Below are positions 22,341 to 34,983 of a DNA stretch of 64,000 nt, piece after piece. The number at the start of each line of letters is the position of its first letter. Positions within the stretch are counted from its first letter, which is position 1. The notes below the pieces were generated by a model. The model ran no database searches and was not told where the DNA came from. It saw only the letters and a program-made list of their open reading frames with translations. The DNA is from Octopus sinensis. Its lineage: Eukaryota. The position numbers and the translations under genes are program-made. The stretch is taken from NCBI RefSeq assembly GCF_006345805.1, contig NC_042998.1:95728001-95792000 (forward strand). Direction: 5' to 3'.

Positions 22341-24309
22341 ATGTGGATGATTTACAGCTATTGTGTGTAAACCTGATGCAGAAAGTGCTGTATATATTCT
22401 ATGCAGGCAGAACACTTTTTTTTTTCTATTGGTGAGATAATTTAGACAGGAATGCTGAGCACTTGGTTTTACAGCTTTAATTCTTTCTAATTCTGGGCAT
22501 TAAATTATTCTTCTATGAAGTAGTTGAACTTATCCATCAACCATTTATGTTGCAAGCGGAACAAACCTTCAGGGGAAAATCATTATTCTGGAATACATTT
22601 TTATCTCAATTAAATTCATCTTTTCAATTAATTACAAATTTTATAAAAACTTCTATGTCTTGCATTAAAAATCAAAATCAATTAGCTAATAATGCAGATA
22701 GCTTATTCTAAAAATCCCTCTTAAATTTTGATATTTTTCTTTTATGAATGGTTTATTATATTTTATAGAAATAATAAAGTTCTGCTGTTCAGAAATTCTA
22801 GCTTTGCAATGCAACTTTGTCAGCAGTTAGCTTCAATGCAGACTTCCAACATATAAACGTTCCCTTTCAACCTCTGCCCTAGTCATTTTAGCTGATAATG
22901 AAAATCTTTGTTTAGGCATTATACAGGCACATGGCTAGTAATTTTGAGGGGTAAGGGTTTCTTGATTATCTCTACCCACTGTATTTGGTTGATGTTTAGT
23001 GATACTGAAAGGATGAAAAAACAAAGCTGAACTCAAAACTCAAGATATTTTCCCTGATTTTCTGCTACTACACTGCCCTATTCTATGTCCCAGAGATGAT
23101 AATGTCCAGAATCAATTGTCAGCTTCATGCCACCAGAGTTACTGAGTGTTTCTTTAAGGAATTATTCTTTTATTGGACATTATTATTCAGTCCTATCAGT
23201 ATAGGCTTGTTATTAATATCTCATTGTAAACTCTTAGTCATTTATATAACATGAAAACTTATGAGATTTGCTGGTTGTAAAGCTTTTTTTAATTTTTTTG
23301 ATATTACTTTTCTTAGACACACCTATAGTGGTCTGTTGGTAGAGGTATAAAATCTTCATATATTTGTACACTGACTACTGTATCAACTTTTATAGTTACT
23401 AATTCAGGGCTTGTTTACTGTTTTCTTGTCAAACCAGTTTGTCACCACAGGCCTTTATGATTTCATATCTTTCAGCCTACGCTCTATCTATGTCTGTGTG
23501 TTTGTGTGTCAACAGCTTTTAACTGTCTATAAATCAGTAACTATGCCTTAAAAGAAAGAAATAAAGGTTTTAATTTCTTCCCTTTTATGTATCTGTGTGT
23601 ATGTGTATGTTAATCCATCCAGCACATTGAGTTGTGCTATTTACTGAATTATTTACAAGAAAAGTAAACTTTTTCTCATGGTTAAATTTATTTCAAGGCT
23701 GATGACTGATATTTGTTTAGATTTATAAATTGTTGCAGATGGTAGCACTCTATCTTTGCTGATGTTTTTGACTCCTACCCATTTAAGTGAATGGGTTATG
23801 AGATAGACTATTTTCATTTTTTTTTTTTTTATGAAAGTAAAAACTTAAATTCTTCTTTAGCATTAAAACTGGATAGATCTGGCCTCTTACACCTACACTA
23901 CAATGTCATTGTAAAAAATAAAACATATCACATTGTTAAAATAAAAATTGCAAAGATATGAGATAATGCAGGATTTATCCAAAGCAACATGGAATAAATA
24001 AGCATTACATTTGATAAAGTAATCTGAATGTTGAAGGGTTAAAGAGCAAAAGTCAGTCTTGTGGCTTGAAAGATTAACATGATTAGCATCCTAGCATTGT
24101 CAATATAAATGGTCTTCCTCAACTTAGTCCAAAAACACATGCTGACAGCTAAACTCTTTTAACCTTTTAGAGAGTCATATGATCTTTTTATTATGGCGAA
24201 TTCTCCAAATTGTATGCTTCTTTCAGCTGCCTATTAGATGTCAATGAGAAATTGTATACTCTATATAACAGAGAGGATGTGAGATGTACTAAATTGGTGG
24301 TTGTAGTTT

Positions 24310-24600
24310 TTATCTTTTACTTGTTTCAGTCATTGGAGTATGGCCATGTTGGAGCACCACCTTGAAAAGTTTAGTTGAACATATTCACCCCAGTACTTAT
24401 TTCTTCTTTTTTAAGTCTGGTACTTTTTCTGAAGGTCTCTCTCTATACGCACATATACATGACAGGCTTTCACAGTCTCCTCCATTTACCAAATTCATTC
24501 ACAAGGCATTGGTCAGCCTTGGCTAATTGAAGAAGACAGGGTCACACTGGGACTGAACCTAAATCACATGGTTGCAAAGTAATCTTAACCACACAACCAT
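24310..24600 (-). mobile_element. SINE family A, old and CpG-decayed
   Basis: tcttttacttgtttcagtcatt...ggagcaccacc...cacaaggcattggtcagcc...aaccacacaacc. Confidence 0.7.
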
Positions 24601-26179
24601 AGGAAACCACCATGTTTTAACTCTCCATTTGAATTTAAGTGACATGGTTGAGTTTTGCTCCTTATTTTGTATATGTTTGAATTTTTAAATCCTATCTTGG
24701 TTAATCGGCAAATCTTTTAATACTAATCTATTAGGATTATGCTGGTTTTGACTATAATAGGGTTTTGTTTCAATCAAAACTAATTAATTTTTTTAAATGC
24801 TTAGTGAGTAAATTTCATCTGTGAAAGTATGTGTAATCTGTATTTCATGGACACCTGGAGTCTTATGAAACCAAGTTACTAAATTCTGCTAATTAACTGC
24901 TTTGTATGGGATACATTTTCAGTTAACAAGTTGTTTGATATATTTTTGTTAGACAAAATATGATTAATGTACTTGATTAGGTGCAGGCATGGCTTTGTGG
25001 TAGAGAAATTCTCTTTGCAACCATGTGGTTACAAGTTCAATCCTACTGCATGACGACACATTGTGCAAGTATTTTCTACTCTGGCCCTAGACTTGTATGT
25101 GAATTTGGTTGACAACAACTGACAGAAGCACATCGTGTGTGTTTGTTTTGACATATTGTGCTAATTACTAACTGCTGTTACCATCATACAAATAGTGTCA
25201 TCCATTTGCAGCTTTCCTTGAAAGCATGTCCTGCCATTGTGCTGTTTGTGTTTGAAAGACTTGGAGAAATATGTTTGTAAACTGGTGCTGGGGCCATGTA
25301 AAAAGCACTTGCTGGTGCTACATCAAAAGCACTTAGTACACTCTTATAAAGTCGTTGGCATTAAGAAGGGCATCCAACTGTTGAAACTGTCAAAATAGGC
25401 TATGGAACCTGGTGACGCTCCTGTCAAACCATCCAACCCATGCCAGCATGAAAAATCGACATTAAAATGATGATGGTGAAACAGGTTAGTTTGTGACAAG
25501 AAGAGCATCCAGCTATTGAAAATCTGCCTCAACAAATATCTAACCCATGCAAGCAGGAAAAATGGACATGAAAACAATGATGGTAATAGCAATTGTTTAG
25601 TCCATCAGCTTTCAAATATTCACATACTAGTATTAAATATTTTACACTTGTACTTAAAAAACCTGTACATGTGTGTGTGTTGTATTTTTTTTTTTTTATT
25701 GTCCATTCCTGAAAGCTGGCTAGGCCAGACTAACCTAGTAGAATTTAAGAATGTCTGCTGACCGCATTACCCTGCCCCACCCTGGTACCTTAATTCTAAT
25801 CAAGATTTAGTCTTTTGTTCCATTTTTTTCAATTGACAGTTTGTTGTCTGAGCTATTCCCATTATTTTGTTTGTTTGCCAAGAAAGTGGCTTTCTTGCAG
25901 AAAACTTAATAAACAGCTTTAAAAAATCTTGTGGAAGCCAAGTTATTAATATGCTAGACTACTGACCTCAAGGTCGCAAGTTCAAATCCTGCCAGTGGAT
26001 CTAAAGTTCCATTTCAGTGTTGGTATGGTTAGTAATTACTGAAAATGTATTTAACCACAAGCACATTTTGGCAATTATTTATGTAACTGCCTTATTTTTA
26101 TGACTATTTAATAAGTGCCAACTGAGAACCTATTAGCATTTAACTTGGCTGCATCTGGCCCAAATAATTTACTAGTTAG

Positions 26180-26310
26180 CTCTCTAATTGTGGAGGGAAC
26201 CTATAGTAGAGGTAGGTAGACCCAAGAAGATATGGGATGAAGTGGTGAGAAAGAATCTTCAGATGCTGGGCTTCACTGAGGAAATGACAATGGACCAGGA
26301 GTTGTGAATA
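26180..26310 (+). mobile_element. RTE LINE C-terminal fragment inside a decayed piggyBac-type MITE (~26130-26352)
   Basis: EGTYSRGR/PKKIWDEVVRKNLQMLGFTEEMT. Flanks match the 32917-33108 MITE. Confidence 0.55.
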
Positions 26311-27274
26311 GATAAGCATTACATTTAATAATGTGAATGCTAATGGGTTAAGCTATCCCCTCCAAATTCTTGAATATTTTTAATAATTTGAAATGTATAA
26401 GCAGAGTATTTCATTAGAAATATGATCACAAAATGGTTAATGCACAGTTTAAATTTATTTTGTTACTCTTTACAAAGTGATTTAGTTGATCAAATGACCC
26501 CCAAAGTAACTTCAATTTGTCAAACTTAAAAATATTTTTTTTTCTTCCAGTAATGTCCAGAACTTAGGTTTTAATAGTAAAATCGTTGACTTTTATTTCC
26601 ACTAATTCAGCAGAAGGATTACTAAACAAAAATTAGGAGATGCAGTGCAGCTACATTTTCTCTCACATATTTGTTGTGTACTGCTATATATTTTCCATAG
26701 TTTAGAGCGTACATTCCAGCTAATAATTTGAGTTATATTGAAATAGCTGAGCTGCTTATTTTTAGCCTGGTTAAATGGGTGCAGCCTGTAGTCTTTGCTC
26801 TAGTGATTATGTTGAATAAATGTTGGACAGAATGAAAGAAGGTGTATTGCAGGATAAAGTAAAATGTATATATGAGGTTAATAACTGACACAGGCATATG
26901 GTTAAGAAGGTTACTCACTTCCCACCACATGGTTTCAAGTACTGTTCCACTGCATTGCAGCTAAGTGTCTTCTACTACAGCCCCATGTCAACCAAAATCT
27001 TAATTTGGTAGGTGGAAACTAAAAAAGAAAAAAGAGGCCCACAGTGTGTGTGCACATGTATGTGTGTGTATATACACACACATGTATATGCTCGCTTTTG
27101 TAAATGAGCTTCACTATCATACAAGTGGTGCCCTTCATACCATTTTTTTATGAAAACCTGTCAGGCTGTGGAGAAATATTACTTTGCTTGGAAATAGGTG
27201 AGAATTGGCAGCAAGGAGGCCTTCTTGACATAGAAAATTTGCTTTTTACAAATTCTGATTCATACAAGATCCAT

Positions 27275-27640
27275 TGAGTCAAGGACACCAACATCAAAAA
27301 TCAATGGAAACTGCAGTTGTGATCCCTGTGCCGGTGGCACGTAAAAAGCACCATCCAAACGTGGCCGATGCCAACGCCGCCTAGACTGGCTTCCGTACCG
27401 GTGGCACGTAAAAAGCACCAATCCGATCGTGGCCGTTGCCAGCCTCGCCTGACACCTGTGCTGGTGGCATGTAAAAAGCACCCACTACACTCATGGAGTG
27501 GTTGGCATTAGGAAGGGCATCCAGCTATAGAAACACTGCCAGATCAGACTGGAGCCTGGTGCAGCCTTCTGGCTTCCCAGATCCCCGGTCGAACTGTTCA
27601 GCCCATGCTAGCATGGAGAACGGACGTTAAAAATTGATGA
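27275..27640 (+). mobile_element. SINE-like family D with an internal tandem gtggcacgtaaaaagcacc motif and RTE-type end
   Basis: Three internal repeats, then gagtggttggcattaggaagggcatccagct and a ggacgttaaa..gatga tail. Further copies at 25280-25475 (+) and 32105-32545 (-). Confidence 0.75.
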
Positions 27641-28071
27641 GCATAGAAGACAATGAGAAAAGATGTAAATTTTAGCTTTCCTAGTTGAAGCTATTCCATT
27701 ATTCCATATTTTATGAAAGATCAATAAAGGAACAGAAGTTCGAGATGTTGAAGTAGCAAGATTAGATCAAAGAAAACATTTTCTTACTGTAAATGACATT
27801 TCTTTTGACATGTGTATATTCTACTAATATACTTTCCAAATGTATTTCTTATCACTTGTATCCTATATCTGATAATATTTCAACCAATTAAATGATATAC
27901 AGGTAAAAGAAGTGTACAGATAAGCAAATGGGTAATGCCTACTGGTTCCAAATATTATTTGGTATTAGAATTAATAACATTAAGAAAATAAAAAAGACGA
28001 AAATAATATTTAAGACTGTATTGATAACTTCTTCCTGTGTTTTCTTTGATTTGAACCTAGTTCTGTCTTAA

Positions 28072-28288
28072 CCCTTTCGTTACTATATTTATTTTGAGAT
28101 GCTCTGTTTCTTTCAGTTAATTTTAAATATAACAAAGGATTTAGTAAAATAATTTAGTTATTAATCTAGGGTTAAGAGCATAAATTGTGACTAAAGTTTT
28201 GTGGAAGATTTTAATTCAAAACTTATGAAAACAAAACATTTGTACTACAGAGCCAGAGGCGGTTTCAGCCCAGTTGGTATCGAAAGGG
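28072..28288. mobile_element. piggyBac-type MITE (217 bp)
   Basis: TTAA-CCCTTTCGTTAC ... GTATCGAAAGGG-TTAA. Confidence 0.82.
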
Positions 28289-30212
28289 TTAATTCAACTA
28301 ACATCAAATTCCAATATTCTTCTTTCATTGAGCATTCATTGAGCATCATCCCTATACTTAGACAATGAGCCAAAAAAAAAAAAAACTGGAGGTACAAGTT
28401 TATAATAAATGTATTAGTTTAATACTTAAATAAGGGAAAGCAGAATAAATATGAGAAAAAGTGGTTAGGTAAGTTGGCCATGAGGTGCGGGGACAGGGCC
28501 AGATAGGAAAGCAGTTTGTTAGGAGGGAAGTTAGAAGGGAAGGCATAGGTGGTGTATGTACAGGAAGTTATCTGTGAATAGAGTTAACCAGGGAGAGGTG
28601 TGTCTATGGTGGGATGGGATGTGTGGTGTGTAAGTACAGGAGTGTAGTGGCATGGGATAGTAGGGGGTGTGATATGATTGTGTAGGTGTAATTGTATTGT
28701 GTGAGAGGAAGGCATTGCGTTCAGATAAAAGTATCTGGAAAATTATAAATAGTAAAAAAAAAAAAATTATATATCAGGTGATAATGGTGAAAAGTCTGGA
28801 AGTTATGTAACAGGTACAATGTCCAAAATAATAATCCCTATATTTACCTGTACAATTAGAAATGTCTCTGAAAGTAAGAAAGCACTTTTCTTAATACCAA
28901 AATCAACACTTCCAATATCTTGAGCTTCTCTGTTTTTTTATTGATCATTCATATGAAACAATAATAGTGTAGTTCCCACTGGAAAGCTAAAACAATTTTA
29001 TTCCATTTTTTTCTCATGTTTGCAGTTAATTATTAATAGTCTTTTAGTTCTACCCTTCAGCTTTGGCATTTTTATGACTGATTTGGGGGGAAAAATTTTT
29101 TTCACACAATTGGTATTTTTAAGATAAATTTTATTGTTCCATGGGAAAATTTTATTCTTTTACATCTGTTAGTCAGATTGATAATTTTTATGACTATTCT
29201 CTTTTTTAATTTAATCATCTTTTTTATGGAAAACTCATAAGTATACCAAAATCATTTTACAATATTAGTTAAGTTGGAATAAATGAAGTCGTACCACTTC
29301 TCATTATTCCTCTTCCTGTAACTTGTGGGTACACTCTAACGACACATCTTCATCACAATACTCCTCCTCTTCCAAACAGGGTACCCATGCATCTCCCCTG
29401 TCTTCCTTTTTAAGCTCTCATCACTTTGCATAAAACCAGTGCTCTCAATATTACCTCCACCCACCCACTCATATAAGGGGTTTTGTCTTGGAAGTTACTT
29501 TGTAACCATACTACTACAAAGGTAGTTAATTACTAATCTCTTTTTTTTTTTTCCTGGCAACTCTTAACACATTTCAGTCTTATTCTGATCTCTTTTGCCA
29601 TTGCACATTTATTGCTTTAGGAAAATAGAATTCTTTATAGATTTATGATTTAAAGATACTCTTTGGAACAATATAGTTCAGTGTTAACATAATTTAATAT
29701 ATAAGGTAGTAGAGAGCTATCAAGAAATAAATACATTATGAAAAATGCAGCAGTTTAAAATGACTATATTGTCCCCCGTACATGGTGGAAAAATGAAAAT
29801 TTAATTCATTGGATTTGGGTATTGTTGACTGTGGGGGGGGGGAAGTCAGGTGGAGTCAAGTCAAAAACCACCACTCTTCCAATATTCTGACCTACCTTAT
29901 GGTCTATTAACCATGTTTGTACTGACTTCACTTTACTAATGGTCTCTTAAATGTTAGTACTAACCCCAATTTGGTAATGTTCTATTTATTATTCAAATTA
30001 TTCTGTCAAGTATAATGCATATTTTATTCATATTTGAGGTAACCATGCATTATCTTGTAGCTTGGGTAGCTTTACAAATTCAAGTTCGAACAGTAATTAG
30101 AATGATGTTTTGTATTTTGTTTGATTATTGCTGTAGATGCTGGCATGCTTGTGTTAGATATGCATGTATCATGCAAAACTTAGATATGCATGTTATGCAA
30201 ATGTTGTGTACA

Positions 30213-30965
30213 TAGGTGTAGGAGTGGCTGTGTGGTAAGTAGCTTGCTTACAAATCACATGGTTCTGGGTTCAGAACCACTGCATGGCACCTTGGGCAAA
30301 TGTCTTCTACTATACTCTTGGGCCACCAAAGCCTTGTGAGTGGATTTGGTAGACTGGGGAAAAATCCCTAGTGCGTACTATATACGAGGTTAAAAATGAA
30401 AAATATTTTCTAAGCGATGTCCAAAACTCTATTTGCTGTCCGGCAATGAAGTAATAAAAAAAATCATCCATAACTTGCAGTAAGCAACATTTATTAAAAT
30501 AAAAGTATTCAGAACACAGAATAACATATAACAAAAACAATTTGCAAACATATTTATATTCCCATGTAACAGTTGAGAACATCACCATTATTGTATTATG
30601 CATGCGCGGAAGTGTTTGTTCGACTAGGTGCTGCTGGCTTAATTATGCACGACTCAGGTTAGAGAAAGAGTGTGTAATATACTCATGGTTTAGGTGTTTC
30701 GGAGGTACAGTCCCCTAAAAATCCCCTGTGTATTATACTCAAGGGCAGACTATACTCGAAGATTTGCGGTATATGTTTGTGTCTGTTTGTCCGCCCAATA
30801 TTGCTTGACAACCAATGCTGGTGTGTTTTCATCCCTGTAACTTAGCAGTTCGGCAAACGATACCGATAGAATAAATACTAGACTTAAAAAGAATGTCCTG
30901 GGGTCGATTTGCTCGACTAAAGGTGGTGCTCCAGCATGGCCGCAGTCAAATGACTGAAACCAGTA
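30213..30965 (+). mobile_element. SINE family A interrupted by a ~415-bp pogo/Tigger-like MITE remnant (~30354-30770)
   Basis: The SINE 5' half ends at ggatttggtagac and resumes at tatatgtttgtgtctg. The insert ends gtattatactcaagggcagactatactcgaagatttgcgg-TA. Confidence 0.75.
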
Positions 30966-31334
30966 AATATTGATATTATGACTTTGGCTTGCTACTTGTG
31001 CTTTGGAAACCAGTGGGATAAAAAAAAAATCCCTTGAAAAAACCAGTATAGGTTAGTGACAGGAAGAGCATTCAGATGTAAATTATCATTTCAAATATGT
31101 AGCCATCCAAATCCATGCTAGCATAGAAAACCAGAAGTTGCAACAAATGAATTTAATGTGTATGGTGTACTAAAGGAATTCGTTGGTTCACATACCAGTA
31201 GTAAATATGTACTTTATAATGGTCATGTTCTAAATAGTATCATTTATGGCAATAACCATAACTAATTTGGCTTTTATTATTTCAAGTTTTCATATTTAAT
31301 ATATTTCTATTTTTATTTCTATTTCTCTTTCCAG

Positions 31335-31683
31335 GATTGGCTCAATACTTGGTGGGTTTATGTCATGGTCGAGACTGCGAGGCAGCACCAATGATGACTG
31401 GGGCGATCGGCTCAATCATTTGTGGACAGTTTTTCTACTTGTTCTCTTTGCTATCGTAGTCACAACAACACAGTATGTTGGAGACCCAATTCATTGTTGG
31501 GCTCCTGCTGAATTTCCTGGACATTATGTCGAGTATGTGAAATCATACTGTTGGATTTCAAATACCTACTACATATCAATGAACGACATCATACCTACAG
31601 ACATCACTGCACGTTCCGATGCAGAAATTACTTACTATCAGTGGACCCCTTTGATTTTACTTTTTATGGCATTTCTTTTTAAG
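31335..31683 (+). CDS. inx: Innexin coding exon 2 (N-terminus, TM1, EL1, TM2)
   Basis: DDWGDRLNH, QYVGDPIHCWAP, SYCWISNTYY and the YYQW signature. Polypyrimidine acceptor AG at 31333-31334, donor AAG|GTAAGA at 31684. Alternative in-frame ATG at 31360. Confidence 0.96.
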
Positions 31684-32104
31684 GTAAGATATAGTTTTAA
31701 TTTTTTTCTGCAAAATAGGGGTACCTTATCCTGTTCAGGCTGTGTTATTAGTATTATTCTGCGTTTGAGAATTTAAAATCTCTTCTTTAACTTTCTAAGA
31801 CATCTAAAGCAAACTTCGTTTATTTGTTTACGTTCATCGTAATTTGAATAAAACAATATCTAACTTCAACTTCATCTATCTTGTTTCAAACAGTTTGAAC
31901 ATTGCCTGCCATATTTATGCATGCCACAGGTGTAGGTGTGACTGTGTGATAACAAATTTGCTTCCGAACCACATGATTTTAGGTTCAGTTCCACTGCATT
32001 GCACCTTGGGCAAGCATCTTCTATAGCCTTGTGAATGGAACTGGTTGACAGAAACCGAAAGAAACCAGTATGTGTGTATGTATATATGTATATATATATA
32101 TATA

Positions 32105-32545
32105 ACATCATCATCGTTTAACGTCCGCTTTCCATGCTAGCATGGGTTGGATGATTTGATTGAGGACTGGCATACCAGATGGCTGCACCGGGCTCCAATC
32201 TGATCTGGCAGTGTTTCTACAGCTGGATGCCCTTCCTAATGCCAACCACTTTGAGAGTGTTGTGGGTGCTTTTACGTGCCACTGGCACAAGGGCCAGTCA
32301 GGCGGTACTGGTAATGGCCACGCGCAGGTGGTGTTTTTTACATACCTCCTGCACAGGAGCCAGTCCAGTGGCACCAGCAATGACTTCGCTCAAATGTTTT
32401 TCACGTGCCAGTAAGGCAACACTGGTAATGATCACATTTGAATGGAGCTTTTTATGTGCCACCGGCACAGAAGTCAGCTGCTCTGGCAGCGATCACACTC
32501 AGATGGTGCTCTTACCACCCCACTGGCATGGGTGCCAGTCATCAA
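32105..32545 (-). mobile_element. SINE-like family D
   Basis: catcatcgtttaacgtccgc tail, ggatgcccttcctaatgccaaccact, and repeated tttttacgtgccac. Confidence 0.75.
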
Positions 32546-32916
32546 ATTTTTGAATTTGATGTCTCCTTGACTTGGCATGATAGTCACAAATGAGTGTTGC
32601 TGTTACACTAGCAGTGCTTCTTATTATGAAACTTCCATGAAAACGTGTCTGGTCATGGGGAAATATTACTTCACTTGAAAACAGGTGTGGGTTATGACAG
32701 AAAGGGCATACTGCTGTAGAAAATCTGCCTCAAAAATTCCATCCAACCCATGTGTATATAGAAAAGTGGATGTTTTAAGTGATGATGGCTTTGACTCAGA
32801 CCTACAGTTCGTACTTCAGGCTCAACTCAAGTACTTAAACCTGGTAAATATGGCACAAAACAGTAATAAACTGAAATAATATTTTACAAGACAGACAATA
32901 TAAAAATAGTAATTAA

Positions 32917-33108
32917 CCCTTTAGCATTCAAACCAGCCATTTCAGACTCAAAATATTCTACCTGTTTTATGTTTAAACTACCCTACGATATTCTAAAAAT
33001 ATATTCACATCATCAAAATCTCAGAGCTACAAAATAATGCATGATTAGTTCAAAACAATGTGAATAAATAAGCAGAACATTTGGCAGGGTAATCTGAATG
33101 CTAAAGGG
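32917..33108. mobile_element. piggyBac-type MITE (192 bp)
   Basis: TTAA-CCCTTTAGCATTCA ... TGAATGCTAAAGGG-TTAA. Decayed relatives at ~23855-24042, ~26130-26352 and ~39360-39520. Confidence 0.85.
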
Positions 33109-34074
33109 TTAAATAGTTGTCTCACTGTTGATTTATAGACACAAGGAAACTGTTTCATATTGTTCGAAGTAAAACTAGATGTTCATCCTTCTCCTGAAGC
33201 CACTTACAAAGGAAGTAGAATTATGAAATTACAAGTCAAAATTTCATTCAATTTCGTGTTATTTATTTCAAAAAAATTTTTTAAATAAAGAAAAATGCAA
33301 ATTTATTTAGAATCTTTACGTAATGCTTTTAAGTCCTATTTTCTCAATATACAAGATTCAAATTCAAGCCAGAATAATATTTCTTACATTCTGTTTCGAT
33401 ATCCATATTTCCTCACCTGACTCTCTTCCTTTATCAATTTATTTCTTTGTACCTGCAGTTGTTATTGTTTAGATCCAGAGCAGCCCTAATCAAGCTGTCC
33501 TATTATTACAAGGATTCTAGCTGTGGCTATCATCCCATTTTTGCTATCTAGAATAAAACTAGATCCATATTATTCATTGTGTTCTTTCCTGAGTTGGTGA
33601 GGTGTTATTAGAAGGAAATTTAGCTGCTACTTATGACAAGTTGAGTGACCACAGATGAGTCACCTCATTGGCCCATGTTTCTGCATTGATTACCAAATCA
33701 TCGATGCTTTTAAAAAACATTTTTTTATGAGTTTTAATGTTTTCAGGCACCAAATTGATATTTATGTTCCTTTTACATTCTGAATTCACAGTCAATTTTA
33801 ACCTCTATCCTTCTGGGATGGAGGTTAAAACACCATTCAAGTACCGCGCTAGTTTTAATGAAGTATCCCACTCCTTCAAAAAATTTTGGCCTTAGGCTTG
33901 TGATAGATGTCTGTTTTTGTTTTTTTTATTCTAACTTGGAATCATACTTCTAAAATTGTCTTGTAAGTAATTTGGGGGAAACTGAAGTTGTCTTTCACCA
34001 TTTTTTTTTTCTTACACATTTATGCTTTCCAAGTTTTCAGTTTCTTAATATATGTATATTCTTTTCATTTTCAG

Positions 34075-34983
34075 TTTCCTAACATAATCTGGAGGTTGTT
34101 AAGCAGTGTATCTGGTGTTAATTTAGAGCGAGTTGTTGACTTGGCTGAACAAACTCAACTTGGATCCCCTGAAGACCGTCAGAAAACTATTGAACACATA
34201 GCGTTTTACATGGATCGCTGGCTGGAAACCTACCGCGAATATAAAATGAATTATGTTGTACGAATGAGGCAGAAAATGACAAAAGTTTGCTGTCTGATGT
34301 GTTCAAAAAGAGAAGGGACATTTTTGGTTGGATTCTATGTTTGTGTGAAAGCTCTGTATGCTGCAAATGTCATTGGACAGTTTTTCTTATTGAATGCCTT
34401 TATGTCTAACCAGTTTTCAGTATATGGTTATGAAGTTCTTGAAATGGTACGTAATAAGGTTCCTTGGAAAGAATCCGTCAGATTCCCTCGTGTGACTCTC
34501 TGTGATTTTGAGATAAGGCAGTTACAGAACATTCAACGTTTCACTGTCCAGTGTGTTCTTCCTGTTAATCTATTTAATGAAAAAATCTTCATTTTTCTTT
34601 GGTTTTGGTTAGTCTTTATTTCTATAGTTACATGTGGCAATTTATTGTTATGGATTTATCGCACAATTTTCCGTCAGTCTCATGTTAATTATATCGCTAA
34701 ATATTTGAAGTCTTCAGAGGATATATTCACAAGTGAAGACAAGAAACTGGTGCATCGTTTTACAACAGACTATCTGCGAGATGACGGATTTTTTGTATTA
34801 CGCCTTGTTTCTAAGAACTCCACAGACTTGGTTCTAGTTGATTTAGTGAAAGAATTATGGCATTTATACAAGAACAAAAGTGGTCGGAAAGCAGGCTCTC
34901 CAGATCTTAATAACACTTACAAAGATACTCTAGACAAAGATGACATTTCAAAAGATCCATCAAAACAGCCTCTAAAGTCGTAG
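34075..34983 (+). CDS. inx: Innexin coding exon 3 (loop, TM3, EL2, TM4, C-terminus, stop)
   Basis: Acceptor TTTTCAG at 34074, phase 0, giving FLFK|FPNIIWR. Motifs FPRVTLCDF, QCVLPVNLFNEKIFIFLWFW and YLRDDGFFVLRL. TAG at 34981-34983. Total 419 aa from the split ATG, or 410 aa from 31360. Confidence 0.97.
   Translation, partial: FPNIIWRLLSSVSGVNLERVVDLAEQTQLGSPEDRQKTIEHIAFYMDRWLETYREYKMNYVVRMRQKMTKVCCLMCSKREGTFLVGFYVCVKALYAANVIGQFFLLNAFMSNQFSVYGYEVLEMVRNKVPWKESVRFPRVTLCDFEIRQLQNIQRFTVQCVLPVNLFNEKIFIFLWFWLVFISIVTCGNLLLWIYRTIFRQSHVNYIAKYLKSSEDIFTSEDKKLVHRFTTDYLRDDGFFVLRLVSKNSTDLVLVDLVKELWHLYKNKSGRKAGSPDLNNTYKDTLDKDDISKDPSKQPLKS

Noticed and set aside
33988-34074. N-terminal extension of the 331-aa ORF (and 31684-31776 of the 138-aa ORF)
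   Set aside because: Intronic read-through beyond clear splice sites. The two ORFs are exons of one innexin, not two genes.
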